Of a stretch of 56,912 nucleotides of DNA, positions 12,791 to 25,920 are shown piece after piece. Numbering within the stretch: position 1 is the first letter of the stretch; the number at the start of each line of letters is the position of its first letter. Under the pieces are notes generated by a model. That model was not told where the DNA came from and did no database searches. It saw only the letters and a program-made list of their open reading frames with translations. The position numbers were made by a program, and so were the translations under genes. This DNA comes from Chromera velia. Taxonomy: Eukaryota. Location of the stretch: contig JAHBMJ010000095.1 of NCBI GenBank assembly GCA_018398765.1, forward strand, positions 1 to 56,912, in the 5' to 3' direction.

Positions 12791-13965
12791 TTTACAGCTT
12801 TACATAGAAGGACGTCCGGGGTGAAGATAGAAAGCAGTCGACCAGTCGTTTAAGAAAAGCACGCGGACCTTCCAGAGTCCCACGCATCCAGTACAACCAT
12901 TTGTAATTGATGCACACAACACGAAGAGGATGCATGGCGAGAAAGGGAAGGAAAAGATGGAAGGAAATCACATGCAGCAGTGAGGAGACCTCATCAAAGT
13001 ACAAAGTCCCATTAAGCAGTGGAACTTGACAAAGGAGAAAACACAAACAAACAGAACAAACGAGTGGGACCAAATCTATGAAGCAAAAGAGAAGGAGAGA
13101 ATGCAGGCTGGAAGAAAGCCAGGGAAAGAACGAGGAAGAAAGACGAAAACAACAAAAGTCGAAAAGGAAAGAAAAAAACTTCTCCCTGACGAGTCTAAGA
13201 AACACCGACAGGAAAGATCGAACGAGAAAGTTTCAAAAACGATTCCAAAGACAGTACATCCCTGCGACCCTCTCCCCTACCTCCTTCCCACTTCTGCCCC
13301 GCCCCCCCCTCAGGGCTCTCTCTATTCAGAAACCAAAAGCACTCTGTCGGTCTATTCCATTTGACGACAAAGAAGGGAACAAAAACCAAGAGAGGCTTCC
13401 CTGTCTTACCCACAAAACCCAAAAAGCTCGCAGGTGGCCTAGACTTTTAAATAGTTCCCCTTTTCACTTCCCACGTTAATTTTGAGGATCACTCTTGGAG
13501 CGGAGCAAAACCGCACGCAGGCATTTCAAACACAAAAGACATTCATCAAGGGAACGGGGGGCAAAGAAAAGAAGTTCGGCAAGGCTTTTTTGGAAAGGCG
13601 ACTCTGTCGAGTCAGTCGAGTTCTCCGGCCGTTTGGAGAAAGGAAGCATCGAGAGAATCCAAAAAGATCTCTCTCAGCACTTTCGTATCTTACAGAAGAG
13701 GGAGGGAGAAGAATAGAAAAGAAGCAAGCGAAAGGAGAACTGTGGGCTCCGTACCTCCATAAGGGAGGAAGGAAAGAAAAAGACAGAGGGGCTAAGGGAA
13801 ACTTCAGAAAGAGAAAAGAGAAAGAAAGAATCTGCACAATTTGGGCCGTTCTCTCTCTTCTCATGAAGAAGCACTGGTCTATCCATTCATTGACTTAAAC
13901 CCCCCCCCCTTTCCTTTCCCTTTCCACACCCAACCTCCCCCCTCTCTTTCTCTTCGACTCTGCGC

Positions 13966-16900
13966 TCAGAGAGGCTGCCCCTCTGCCTCTTCTGCAGAGA
14001 CGGTCTGTGCAGCAGAAACTGCCGATACGGGACCGTCCGCTTCTGCAGAGACGGTCTCTGCAGCAGAAACTTCCGATACGGGACCGTCCGCTTCTGCAGA
14101 GACGGTCTGGGCAGCAGAAACTGCCGATACGGGACCATCCGCAGGCTCCTTCACAGCGAGCAGACTACTTGCCATCTGTGTTTTCTGTACACCTTCATGT
14201 TCTTCCTTTTTCCCGCCCCTCTTCAAAACCTGAGCACCTGTCGGAGAGCTGACGGGGGAGAAGGAGAACAAAGGAGACGGCTGAGGAATCTGCAGGGATG
14301 AACCCGGTATGGGGGGGGGGGACGAGGAGACGCCAAAACCGGCAGGCCAACTCCACGACCCCCCACTCTGCCTCCCTCGTTCCTTTGTTACCTCTCCGTC
14401 CTTTTCTTTTCCCTGAACCTCCTGAACTTGAGACGAGGGGATACGATGCTGATTTGACGTCTTTCCTGACCACCCCCCCCCTCTTCTGGAGACTCCCAGA
14501 GCTTTGTTGCCCTTGTTTCGAGAGGAAAGCAGTGATCCTGGGGCGCCAGGAGAGTGGGGTGAAGTGGAGGGGGAGGAACAGGAGGGGGGGGGAGACGGAG
14601 ACGGCACAGCAGGCGTGTTCCCGTCCTTCCGTCTCTGCTGATCAGGGGGGGGGGCGTTTCTTCGAAGATGCTTTGTGTTGACTCCTCTAACCGAGGTTGA
14701 GGGGGAGGTGACTTCTTTATCGGTGTTGGGAAGAGCCTCCTCTCGACTTTTCTTCTTCGGAGGGTTGGATCCCGTTTCTGTGCCTGTCTCCGTCTCCGCT
14801 CGTGACAGGGGAAGGGAAAAGAAAAAAGAATCGGCGGGGGCTGTCGGGGGGCAGGTGTGAAGCGTCTCTTCGGTTTCCTTCAGAGATTCCGATTGGACAA
14901 CGGGAAGAGAGGAGACAATGGGGGTGACGGGGCGGGTTGGAAGAGAGGAAGGGCAGGTGGACACAGGGCAAAAGAGGGGAGAGTCGGCAGAAGAACCACA
15001 CGCCCCCGCAGCCCCTTCGGCAGGACCCAGAGAAGAGAAACCTGCTCCCCCCTTTCTTTCCCTATCTTTCTCCTCCTCCTCCTCTGACTGTGCACACCCT
15101 GAGGAAATGCCATGACGCAACCCTTTCCTCTCATATTCAACGGATTGCTTTCCATCCCGCGAGGAAGATTCTGCACTTCGACCGCCTGCCTCCTCCTTCC
15201 CCCCTTGGCTGGGTGGTGGAACGGAAACCCGACGGCACATTTCACACTGCTGTGGTTGGTTTCCTCGGGCAACCCGGGAGGGGATATGGGCAGGGGGAGA
15301 GGCGACGGGGGGCTGGTGGGGGGTTGACCTTGTGTGAAGAGGGGCAGGTGAGTCATAAGGGGAGAGTGAGAGCCTAGGTAGCGGCTTGGGGGGGAAACAT
15401 TGCTCAGAATTTTTTTTGGTGAATTTCGGAGCGTAGGTGTTCGATGCTGCTGCTGCAGTTAGAGCAGCTGGGTCTATATTCTCCGTCTCCGTCTCCAGGC
15501 CCTCTGTCTGCTGATCCTCCTCATCCTCTGGAGGAGAAGCTGGCGTAGGCTGGTTGGAATTGGATAGAGATGAGAGGCTCTGGCGGGGACAGGGGGAGTC
15601 GGGGGAGGGTGTGGATTGGGGAGGAGAGGCAAGCGTGAGGGGGGCAAGGAAAGGAATGACCAGACTCTTGGAGGCAATCGGTGAGTCTGAGATGCTGTTC
15701 TGATCATCGCTCTGGACCGACTCCAAAGAGGAGAGCGCCTCGTATCGCTCAGAATAGGCAGAAAAGTCGGTGTGGGTGTTTCCCCCCATTTCTTCCCTTT
15801 TCCGTCTCGTGTCCGCATCTTCCGATTCTTCACTGCCCTGATGATCTAATTCATCCTCCTCTTCCTCTTCCTCTCCATTCCCCTCTCCCTCTTCCTCTTC
15901 TTCTTCCGCGCCCTCGTCGGACTCAAAAAAATCAAAACCGTCCACTTCGTCCCCCCCAAATTTCAAGTCCTCCTCAGCCCACACCCTCAAAAAATCCCCA
16001 GGGTTCGGCAGATCTTTGCACAGTTGCGCTCGCATTGCGCGGATTCGTTGCATGATCTCAAGCCCCGCCACGGTCTGTTTCTCAATCTTTCTCAGCTCGT
16101 GCGAAGGGAAATGAAATTCGAGAACTCCGAACAATTTCTGCATCGGATTGCGCGCCCATGACGCATTGAACAGCTTTCTCCTCAGATTCTTTTCTCTTCT
16201 CAGAGGGAAGCTGTAGGACATTCCTTTCAGCGCTTCCTGCGTCCCCCCCTCCCCCTTCCTATGACATTTCAACGCTTCGAGAAAAAATAAAATCGACTCT
16301 TGAACCTTGAACTCTTCTTTCAAATTCAACCGCAGGACTGCGTTGGTTCTCTTTTTGGCTTCCAAACTGAACCTCGCTCTGGCTTCAGCTTTGACACACT
16401 GAACAAATTCATCAACAGAGGTCCATTGATTGGCGCAAGAAGAGCCAATCTGCACTGTACCGTTAACAGGGTCAAAGAAACCCCCGACAGCGAGGGTCTC
16501 TGCATAGCTCTTCGTCCTGCAATCGAAAAGACTGTTCACTGGCACAGCAACCTCTTTAAAATCAAGGAGCATGTGTGACAAATCGTCCCACGAAGGAACC
16601 TTAGGCAGGTCCTTCAGCTCTCTCTCCATTGCTAAGATGGACCTCAGCACTTCTTCGGACACAGAGATCAGTGCGGCCTGTTGTCTCCATTCGTGCACTA
16701 AGCGAGAGAAGGAACGGAAATCGGGAAGAAAACACAGACGAGCCAATTTGACGGCAGACCGAACGACTGCTGCACAGAATCTCTGCTCCTTGATGTCGAG
16801 AATCCATTCAGAAACTGTTTTATCATCGACAAATTTCGAGTTCAACGCTCGTTGCTTCTCTCGCTTCTGTTGACGTTTGCCTTTCGGGCCCCCCTTCCCC

Positions 16901-18068
16901 CCTTCTTCCTGTTCTGCCCCCCCCGTTTGACTGTTCTCTCCCTCTCCCTCTCTAGGAGAAGAGGACGCAGCCTCATGAGGAAGGCTGGCCCCGGAAAGGA
17001 GCGGCTCCTCGTCCTCCATTAGACTCCGCTCTTGGAAACCCATGGACAGCCAAAAGAGGTGACACATGTCGCGCCGCCCTCGCTCAACGCTGCAATCATC
17101 AATCAACCACGGAAGAAAAAAAAGATGATGAAGGAGGTTTCCATGCATCAATGACAGCGGTGAACGGGGGAAGAGGAGATTGAAGCCGCACATGCAGTCA
17201 TGAACGCGCATGGACGTGTTTTGTTGATCGAGAGGAAATGTCCGAAGGGAAATGGGAGTTTGAATGAACCAGAAGAATGGAGTCAATGAGTTGAAGAAGT
17301 AGCGCCCTCCCTGTGCACCTCAACAGAATTGATCGATCGATCGATCTATATTTGTTTGGTTGCCTTCGATAATGCAGCACAGAGATCGCCAACCCATTCG
17401 AAATCAAGCCTGCCAACCCACACGACTACATGCCACGATGGTGAGTCTTTCTGGTTTTGGGTAACCCTTCTTGTCGAAGATAGACGGCACTATCATGCTT
17501 TCCTTTCGCTTCTCCCTGTCGTTTGAATAGACGGCACTCACGCATTTGGTTTTCCTCTTCATACGTCTACGTACACCGCATGCACACATCCGCCTTCCTT
17601 CTCTTTCTGTTTGTGTAGACGGCTTACACCGATCCCGAAAGAAAGCACCTCCCCGACTTACTTGATCTCTCTCTCCACCCGCTCTCGTGCCTCATCAACA
17701 AGACACCAACGGCCGTCGAACTTTTGGAATTGCTTGGCGAATTCCGTCACGCTCTTCAGAAGAGAAATGACGACCTCTGCCCGAATGAAGAGGAAATCTG
17801 AAAAACTCTCAAACGTCTTCAGAACGTCAAACGCCTGAGTGACTGCCTCATCCAGACTTTCAAGCCCAACCTGCACAAGAACATAATTGTTCTCCCGCGC
17901 TTTCAAATGCGATTTCAAAGAGGCGCCTTCAGGAAATTTGGGTTTGCACAATGCCAGCCAGCCTCGTGCGACTGCCTCCTCCTGCTGTTCCATCGCTTCA
18001 GTCCAGCAGGGCAAGGAAGGAATTGACGCAGCCCGAAATGCCCTCGTGTCCTTCTTTTCCTCTGCCAT
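13966..18068 (-). CDS. Hypothetical protein A (~1,180 aa): conserved-looking helical N-terminal region, acidic tract, disordered tail. Exons 18068-17662 and 17089-13966
   Basis: ATG at 18068 (MAEEKK), donor AA|GTAAGT, acceptor tgcag|C; the phase-2 intron joins ORFs 17658-18128 and 13966-17286 in frame. Homologous to the divergent neighbour B. Confidence 0.85.
13989..14141 (-). repeat. Three 51-bp coding repeats (ADGPVSAVSAAQTVSAE) at the C-terminus of protein A
   Basis: Direct sequence and translation. Confidence 0.9.
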
Positions 18069-18419
18069 CAGGGAGGGAGCTTCTAGACGGCACCGAAACT
18101 CAAAGACCGATTGAACGAGCCACCACAAGATTGCGTGCCTGTGCCTTCACCAATGAGGCAAGATATATTTTTACTGCGAAGGTGAAATCCTCAAACAGAA
18201 CTTGCACACTACTACTTACGTAGCACCGTCTCCTTCAGAAAAAGAAAAGGCAGCCGTTCTGGAACACGCCAGGCTGCGATAATGAAGCACCCCCACGCCG
18301 CTTTAGACAGGCACTGATCAGACACTGTCATTGGAATGATTGGATGTCACTGGTGAGAAATTTGGTGAAAGGACTGAAGTGAAGAATAGTGAAGAACCCT
18401 CGATCAATACTCCGCCCGA

Positions 18420-18680
18420 CCCGACACCCGCGCGGCCCGACAATGCCCGAGTCGCATGCATGCAGCCCGACAAGTCCAAAAACGCATGCATGCAGTTCAA
18501 ATTTTGTTGCACATGCGGCCTCTTTGCATGATGCCTCTTTGTGCACATGCATGGGCCGCGCGGCAGGGCCCGCGCGGCCGAAAAATTAATTCTAGCTGTG
18601 CCATAGCTGTGCATGCCATGTGCATGCCCGTAAAATTTCGAACCTGCATGCATGCATGTCATAACCTAGGATGCAGCTAG
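18420..18680. promoter_or_regulatory. Putative bidirectional promoter core: TGCATG(CA) cluster and central GC-rich palindrome
   Basis: Repeated GCATGCATGCA/TGCATG motifs at ~18454-18660 and a perfect 10-bp inverted repeat GGCCGCGCGG (18554-18563 / 18570-18579), between two divergent ATGs. Confidence 0.6.
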
Positions 18681-19048
18681 GAAGCGATTCAAGCGAAACT
18701 CCGGAGAAGCTCTGAGAATCCCTGTGAGCGATGAGGCAGTGGAGGAACTTCGGGTGTCGTAACTGAGAGGTGAATGCAGATTCGGTTTCTTATAATTGAG
18801 TGAAAGGCGGATCCATCGTGTTTTAATTGGTTTTTGTCAGGATTGAATTTCTCCTCCAGCCGTCTCCTGGCGAGTGTCCAGGGAAAGCTGATACACATCA
18901 TCTGCGTCTTTGTGTATAGTCTCTCTGACCTGAAAGGGAGCAGACACATCGTTTGCCGGGTGTGGCCAGCGCTTGTGTGAACTTGTGTCGGTCCTCGGGT
19001 ATTTAATTTAAGCCTGTCCTCCTACTGAGATTGAAATTCTGATTGACG

Positions 19049-22000
19049 ATGTCTCCAAACTTCTCGAAATTTGCATTGCCCTTCCCTTCGCGGGTCCCTG
19101 ACTGTCCGTCTTTTAAAGTCAACCGGGATCATGTAGAGAGAGAGGTGAAGAGGTGCTTGAAGGTCTGCAAGCCCCGTTTTGTTCTACCTCGATCCTCTAG
19201 AAATGTGAGGAAGGTGCCGCCCACAGACAAGAGTGCGAGTCCCTTCGTGTTTTGTCTCCCAGAGGAAGATGAACTCAACAAGGCCATCACCCAGGCAGTC
19301 GACGCCACCACCTATCTTGAACGCTCCTCCTCCGAAGATGGGCTCATGATCGTTCACGCAGAAATGGTCCTGGAATTACTCACAGACGTCAAACAGCTGG
19401 GGGAGCATCTGAGAGGATCCGACGGGCGATGGGAGCTGATCGAGGATGCCATGGAGAAAGTGGAAGAGGGAATCATGTCAGTCTGTCTGTTTGTTTGCGT
19501 GCTTCGGGTGGAGTGTGGAGAAGAAATTTGAGCCGAGCCGTCATTCCGAGGGCAAAAACTGGAACAAAAAGTATCTGAAGGGTGTCCGACTGCTTGCTAA
19601 CTTGTTGTGACTGTGTGCCTTCATTTTTTTGCCTGCTCTTTGGCTTTCCAGATCTCTTGAAGTCGCAGGCGTGTCAGCTGTCTCTCGTCGTTTTCCTCCC
19701 TTCTGTCTTTCTATTTTTCTTGTCTGATACTTTCTTTCTTCTTTTCTTTCTGTTATCTATTTCTTTGCACTCTTTTTCCGTCCTTCCTTTCTCCAGGAGA
19801 GTGTTCTCTTCCCTTTCCTCCCGCCTCTCCCTCCTCTCCTTTCCTCTCCTTTCCTCTCCTCTCCTCTTGACGCCTGTGCCTTCATCCAGTGTGTATCGAC
19901 GTCAGCAATAGTATTGTTCTTCGTGCGTGCAACATGTGGGAGAGGCATGTATGGCTTAGAAGGGACGGGGTCTCCTCAAGATGCCTGAATACAAAATCCA
20001 TGCATGTCTGCAACTGCTCTCCTCGCTCCTGCGTGCGTACCTTCATCCATGATGCAGTCGAGAGCGCTGCCGCCGCAACTTCGCTCGTTCCCACTGGCTC
20101 CATCTGGGCCCCTCAGAGCGTTCGATTCTCCTTTCGTTTAGTGACGGCCTCCTTGCAGACGTCAAGTTTGAAGTGTGTCAGAAGGCTGTGAAGGGAGAAT
20201 CGGGAGAGGTCTGCAGCACCAAGGGGCAGGTTGGGTGTTTGTGCAGAGAGTGCGAGAAGGACTTTGGGGTGCCTCCGAACGAGGGCGGGACGAAGGGGGA
20301 GGTGCGGTGGGTCAGTCGTGAGGTGGACTTTATCGTTCACCGATGGGAGGCTGAGAAGAAGGAGAGTGCATTTACATCCGCAAGCCTTACAGCACGATCC
20401 CTGTTGTGCGGCGCATCCGGGTACAAGTACGAGTATGCATGGCATCTCCTGCATATCCGCGAGACGGAGCTACACAACCTCACGTATGCAGTCTCCATGT
20501 GGCGCTACGCAACTGTGCGACATCGGATCCTTCTCTCAATGCTCAACGCCCTCTCGCAGCTGGGCAAGAGACCGGCTCTCCCTCGCGTTCACGAAATAGC
20601 AGGGTCGTATTATGATCAGTTGTTGTCTTTGCTTCAGAGCAGCAACCAATGGAGTTGTGTGGCGAGAAGTCTGAAGTGTCACTTCTCTCCGTTTGTGAAT
20701 GCGGAGAGCCGCTGGTTCTCTCGCGTGCTCAAAATGGAGATACGGAACCGACATTCCCTTTTGAGGAATTTGGCAAAGAAGGCAATCGACAGAAGGAAGT
20801 CCGCCCACATCCTCGAGGCCACCCTCTTCACCTTCGTCAACTCGCTCATTGACCGTCTCACGCGAGACAAGAAACTGGGGCACCAAACACACCTTCCCTC
20901 TCCCCAACGTGCAGCCCTCCTTCCTGAAATGAAAAAAACTATCCAGGACGCCGCCGCGAAAGTGAACAACCCCGTCGCGCGCCTCATGGACATTCTGAAG
21001 GACACCGACACTGACCTCCACAAAGGTTATATCCTCGCACCTCCCAGTAAATTTTTGTCCAAGCAGATGGACAGAGGCGAGGCTGCACTGGACTTGATCT
21101 CCCAACATCTGATTGACGGGTTCGAACCCGATTTGGACATCGACAATCCGTTTGGGAGCTGGTCGAGGTCCGCCTCCCCGCCTTACAGCCCTCTGTGTTC
21201 TTCCTTTCCAAAGAATGACGACAGTGAAGAAGAGGAGGAGGGGGAGTTGGGGTTTGGCAGGAGACCCGAGAGTCCCAGGAAGGGGGAAGGGGGCTCCCGT
21301 CTTTTCTCGTGGGGGCCAGCCTGGGAGAAAGAGAGAGAGAAAGCTGCCAGGCAGCCGAGAAGAAAAGGAGTCGGCTTGCCCTCCCCCTGCCATTCCCCCA
21401 ACGAACGTTCTCCGTCTCCCGACCCAGACTCCGACGCCGCATTGTTGTTGCCGAAATTTGAGGGGAATAAGCCAGAGAGGAAGGAGATGCTCGGATGCAT
21501 GGGGGAATGGGCTCGGGAGGGGGGGGAGAGGCCAGCGAGCAATCAGCGCAAGCCCCCGGTGCATCCCAATAGGATGGCTGCAGCATCTGCAAATATGGGT
21601 AGGGTGCCGTTTGGTGAAGGGGGAGATCGTCGGGGGGGTTTACAGAGGAATGGAAGTGGGCAGATCAGAGAGGCCCCCGCCAGGGGAGGGAGAGGGGGAG
21701 AGGCTCTCCAGCCTCCTAGGATTTTCACCGGCCCCTCCTCCTCTCCTTCTCCTGGAGATGAGAGTGAAGACGAAGAAGTATCCCCTTCCATTTCCATTTC
21801 CACGTCAGAGAATGAAGGGGGGTGGCGGTGGGGAGGGCAGGAGGAGGAGGAAGAGACAGACGAAGACGGGGGGCAGGATGAAGAGGACGAGGAAGATGAG
21901 GAGGAAGACGGGTTGGACTGTTCTTCAGACGAAGAAGAGGCAGAGGAAGGGGATGAAATGGAGGAAGAGGAGAAGGGAGAAGAGTTGCGGGAAATGTTGA

Positions 22001-23837
22001 GACCGAAAAGAAACGATACATGGGCCTTTCCACGTGCGAGTGGGCATCAGGGGGCCTGTGATGATGAGGAAGAAGAGGAAGAGGATGAGGAAGGTTCGTT
22101 CTGTGGGAGCGTCAGGAATCCGTCTCCGTCGCCTAGGAAGGAAAGAAGGTTTTTCGCAGAACACTCGGGGGGGGAATTTGGGCTGGGAAGAAGAAAAAGA
22201 GAGCTCGGGGGAAGGTTTACTCCTTCTCCCCAGACCGTGCGCACCCCCTCTTGTGCTTCTTCCAAGAGCCCCCCAGGCCCACGCTGGTCGTTTCCGAAAA
22301 AGAACCTCTGTCGGGGTTTATTTGACTGTACGAAAAGACAGTGTCAGACCGGTTCATCCAACGTCTCCTCCCCCTTTCACGGCAGCCCCATGAACTTCTC
22401 TTCATTGAATCCCCACAGCACACCCGACAGTCTCTCTCCGTCTCCGACCCCCCACTACAGAGAAGAGGAGGAAGGGGAATGCGGCCGTCAAGCCGTGCAG
22501 GCTCCCGATCTTGACTGTGGTGGCCCACTGCATCCCAGTCGTGGAAGGGATTGCGTGGGTGGGCGGGGGGGGCACAGCACGGGCGCCTCCGCAACTGCAG
22601 CAGCAGGTAGGGGAGGTGGAGGGAAGGGGAGACTCCCCCACATGACTCCTGCACGGACATCGGGGGGGCGGAGGGTTGTTGGCAGGAAGGGGAAGAGGAG
22701 TGGAGGGAACCGGGTGGGTAATAGCCCTCAGCAGCAGCAGCAGCAGCAACGGGAGAGTGCGTTCACCCAGACTGACCAGTCGTCTGTGAATGGGTTGGAC
22801 ATATCGCAGTTCGCTGAGCAGACACACACGTGGGGTGGAGGAACATTTGATTCTCGGCAGGGGAGACGACAGGGGGATTGTGGAAGGGGAGGAGGTCAAG
22901 AGAGAGGGAAGAAAGGAGGTATGACGGCATGTGGTGCGGTTGATCCTGATGCTTTTCTGCATTCGTATTCCACCGATGCTTCTGCGTCTCTCAACATGTC
23001 TGCTCCTCATCGGCTTTCCGGGGGCAGAGCGCAGAGAGAGAGGGATGTCCGCCTCCTTCCTGAAGGTGGGGGGGGGACACGCGCAGGCAAGAGGTGGGCG
23101 GCCTCGGTGACGGAGGAGACGGTCAGTGAGTGGGTGGGTGGGTGAATGAATTCAGTGTAAAGAGGGCGAATTCGGGGTTGGGTGTGGTTGGTTTTGTTGA
23201 ATTCCGTTTCTTTCTTCTTCTGTGTATACTCCCCTCACGATTCACAAAGGACAGATAGATGTCCATGGACATATGCAGTCTTCGAAAGTCAATTCGAGAT
23301 TCGCATTTTGGTCATTTGCATTCGGTTGCATGAATGGAAGAAGGAACGAAGGAGGGAGAATGGAAAACGAAATACATTTTTATCTTTACGAAAGATTCAA
23401 GTATCTTACACAGTCAGAAGCAGCTGGGATAGGTAGAGACGCGCCCCGTTTCCACTTCAGCCCGTTTTAGTGACAAGAGGGAAGATGATGCACTCTTCAA
23501 ATGAAACTTGATTCAATTTCCTCGGGAGGGCCTTCTTGCTGTTCCTTCTCTGCGAGCTCCAATCTCCTCTCAAGATTTTGGCCTATCTTCGCCTTTGTTC
23601 TCTCTCCTTGCTCTTTCTTCAACCCACCCTCTTTTTTTTGCCTTGATTCAATTCTCTTTGCAGTACGAGGACGAAGACGAGGATGAGGAGGAAGCATGCT
23701 TGAAGACGAAGGTGAAGGCCCGTTTGGAGGCTGAGAGGGAGAGGGGGGGCTTCGGGTGTGTCCCCGGGTTTCAGAGGCGTCTCTGGAAGGACAAGGGCGT
23801 CCCCCCGTCCTCTGAGCAGAGAGGGGCGAGAGGATAA
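19049..23837 (+). CDS. Hypothetical protein B (~1,220 aa), paralogue of A. Exons 19049-19476, 20058-23121, 23664-23837
   Basis: Donor AT|GTCAGT and acceptor atgcag|T (phase 2) join ORF 19043-19531 to the frame of ORF 20173-23145. A second phase-0 intron leads to YEDEDEDEEEACLK...stop. Confidence 0.82.
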
Positions 23838-25071
23838 GAGAGAGAGAGAGAGAGAGAGAGGGGAGTGGGCAGGAAAGAAGGAAGAGAGGAAGGAAGGAAG
23901 GAAGTGAGGATGAAAAAAAGGAGTTCAGCGAAAGGTGAAGAGAAGGAAAAGGAGACTTTTGCATAATGGGGGGGGAAAGTGGGGGCGGGAGGGCGTCATG
24001 GGGCCATGAATGAATGAATGTCGTCAGATGTTTAACGTGTGTGTGTGGAACAGCGAGCAGGAGCATCAGAGTGAGGAGGAAACGAGGCAAAAAGGAGGGA
24101 GGAGAAAAGGAAGAAAGGATAAGGTTTTGTACGAGGATCGGTAGAGGTAAGAGGCAGTTCATTCATGAATAATAATAATAATAATATCGATATTAATATT
24201 TCTTTCATGTTTCTGTGGTTCTCGACCGCGGTTGTCCAAATCGTTGGGGGGGGNGGGTCAAACATTTTGCGGGTTGAAGAGATCGTTTTTTTCTTTTCTC
24301 TTCCCTCACCTTTTCGCAGTCTTTGCTCCACTGGTTTTTCTGTGCATTTCTTTTCTTCGTCTTCTTCTCCTTCTCCTTCTTCTTCGTCTTCTTCTTTTTC
24401 TCCTTTCACCCTGCTTATGTTCTCCCGCTCTTTCTTTCCCAGTATTCTTTTCTCATTGCATGTGAGAAAAACGAAAGGACACCATTTGTACCTGTCGTCT
24501 CCATGAAAAAACAATGGAGTGAATTGTCAACCAAATAGACGGGCCCGCAAAGAGGGCCTTCTACACTGCATGTGTCGATCTGAATATGGGAGTCCAGAAC
24601 GAGGGGGGCTGAAGTGGGTGGTGGGAGGGATCACAGCCTGTCGGGGGTCAAGTGTTTGTTCCTCGGATTGTCTCGCCGACTGGCGCACAAAGAACGGAAG
24701 GAAGTATGGTCGATGGTCAGGTAAGTGCAGTCAGGCGATAAGTAATGACTTGGGTGCGGTTGCATGGTGGCTGCATCTAGGGCTGCATGGAATGATCAAT
24801 GGCAAAAATTGAAGTGCGAAAGGTGACTTCAAGGTCGATCCTAGGGTCCATCTTGCTTCTATTTAACTGGGTGGGGGTCAATGGATGGGTGGGTGGGTGG
24901 GGCAGGGGTTGAGTCACGGGATCTCTTCACTAGTGACTAGTCTCTTCATGCGTTCATTCATCAATGATGATTGATTGAATTTGATTCGCGCCCGTCAGGC
25001 CCAGACTTTATGAATTATTCCGAGCGTGGATCCTTTGCAGCGCTAACAGCGTTCTTTCGTCACATCATGCA

Positions 25072-25491
25072 GACCCTGCAAAAAATATTGGAAAAGTGAT
25101 AAAAAAGTTGTTAGAAAAGTGATGGAAAACTGATAGAAAAGTGATAGAAATTCAAATTTCTAACATGTTAGAAATTTCAGTCAAATTCCTAACATTTTCT
25201 GTAATTTCTATCAAATGTTAGAAAAGTGATAGAAAATTAAATCAAATTTCTGTCACTTTTCTATCACTTTTCTAACAACTTTTCTATCATTTTTCTAACA
25301 TTTCTAACATTTAATAGAAATTGAGTATGACTTCTAACATGTTAGAAATTAAAGTTTAATTTTGATTACTTTTCTAAGTTTGATTTTCTATCACTTTTCC
25401 ATCAGTTTTCTATCATTTTTTTATCACTTTTCTAACAATTTTTGAAAATTATTTTTCTATCTGACACTTTTCTAACATTTTTTGCCAGGTC
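25072..25491. mobile_element. ~420-bp foldback/MITE-like non-autonomous element
   Basis: The left end ACCCTGCAAAAAATATTGGAAAAGTG resembles the reverse complement of the right end, ACCTGGCAAAAAATGTTAGAAAAGTG. The interior is built from TAGAAAAGTGA-type repeats in both orientations. No clear TSD. Confidence 0.75.
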
Positions 25492-25920
25492 GATGTCAGT
25501 AGCATCACTATCATCACACCTGAACAGCTCAGCGTCATTTGACAATGACACCTCTTAAATTTCTTCTAAATCATTAAATTTTTGATGAAAGTTTATTAGT
25601 TGAAGCCTTTCTTAAATATTTGTCTAGGTGCTTCATCGTCAGAGCAGGATCGACCTAATAGTAAAAAGGTCCAATACAAAGCGATTGATTCAATACAGAG
25701 CTAGGCGTGCCTATTATTGACAGCAATTAATCAATCATTTCCAAAGAATTTTTTTCCTATGCGATCCAAACTTATAAAAATTCAATATATCAAAAAGTGA
25801 ATCGCTAAGCTAGTCGCTAAGACGACCGCCAGGTCACCGCCTCATGCAGTTCAACCCTCGCTTCAACCGGTGAGTCGGTGACAATTTGACATCTATGTTT
25901 AGGCTATGAAAGTTTTTCAA

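Noticed and set aside
20536..21564. 342-aa minus-strand ORF
   Set aside because: Antisense shadow of gene B, whose frame is supported by homology to gene A.
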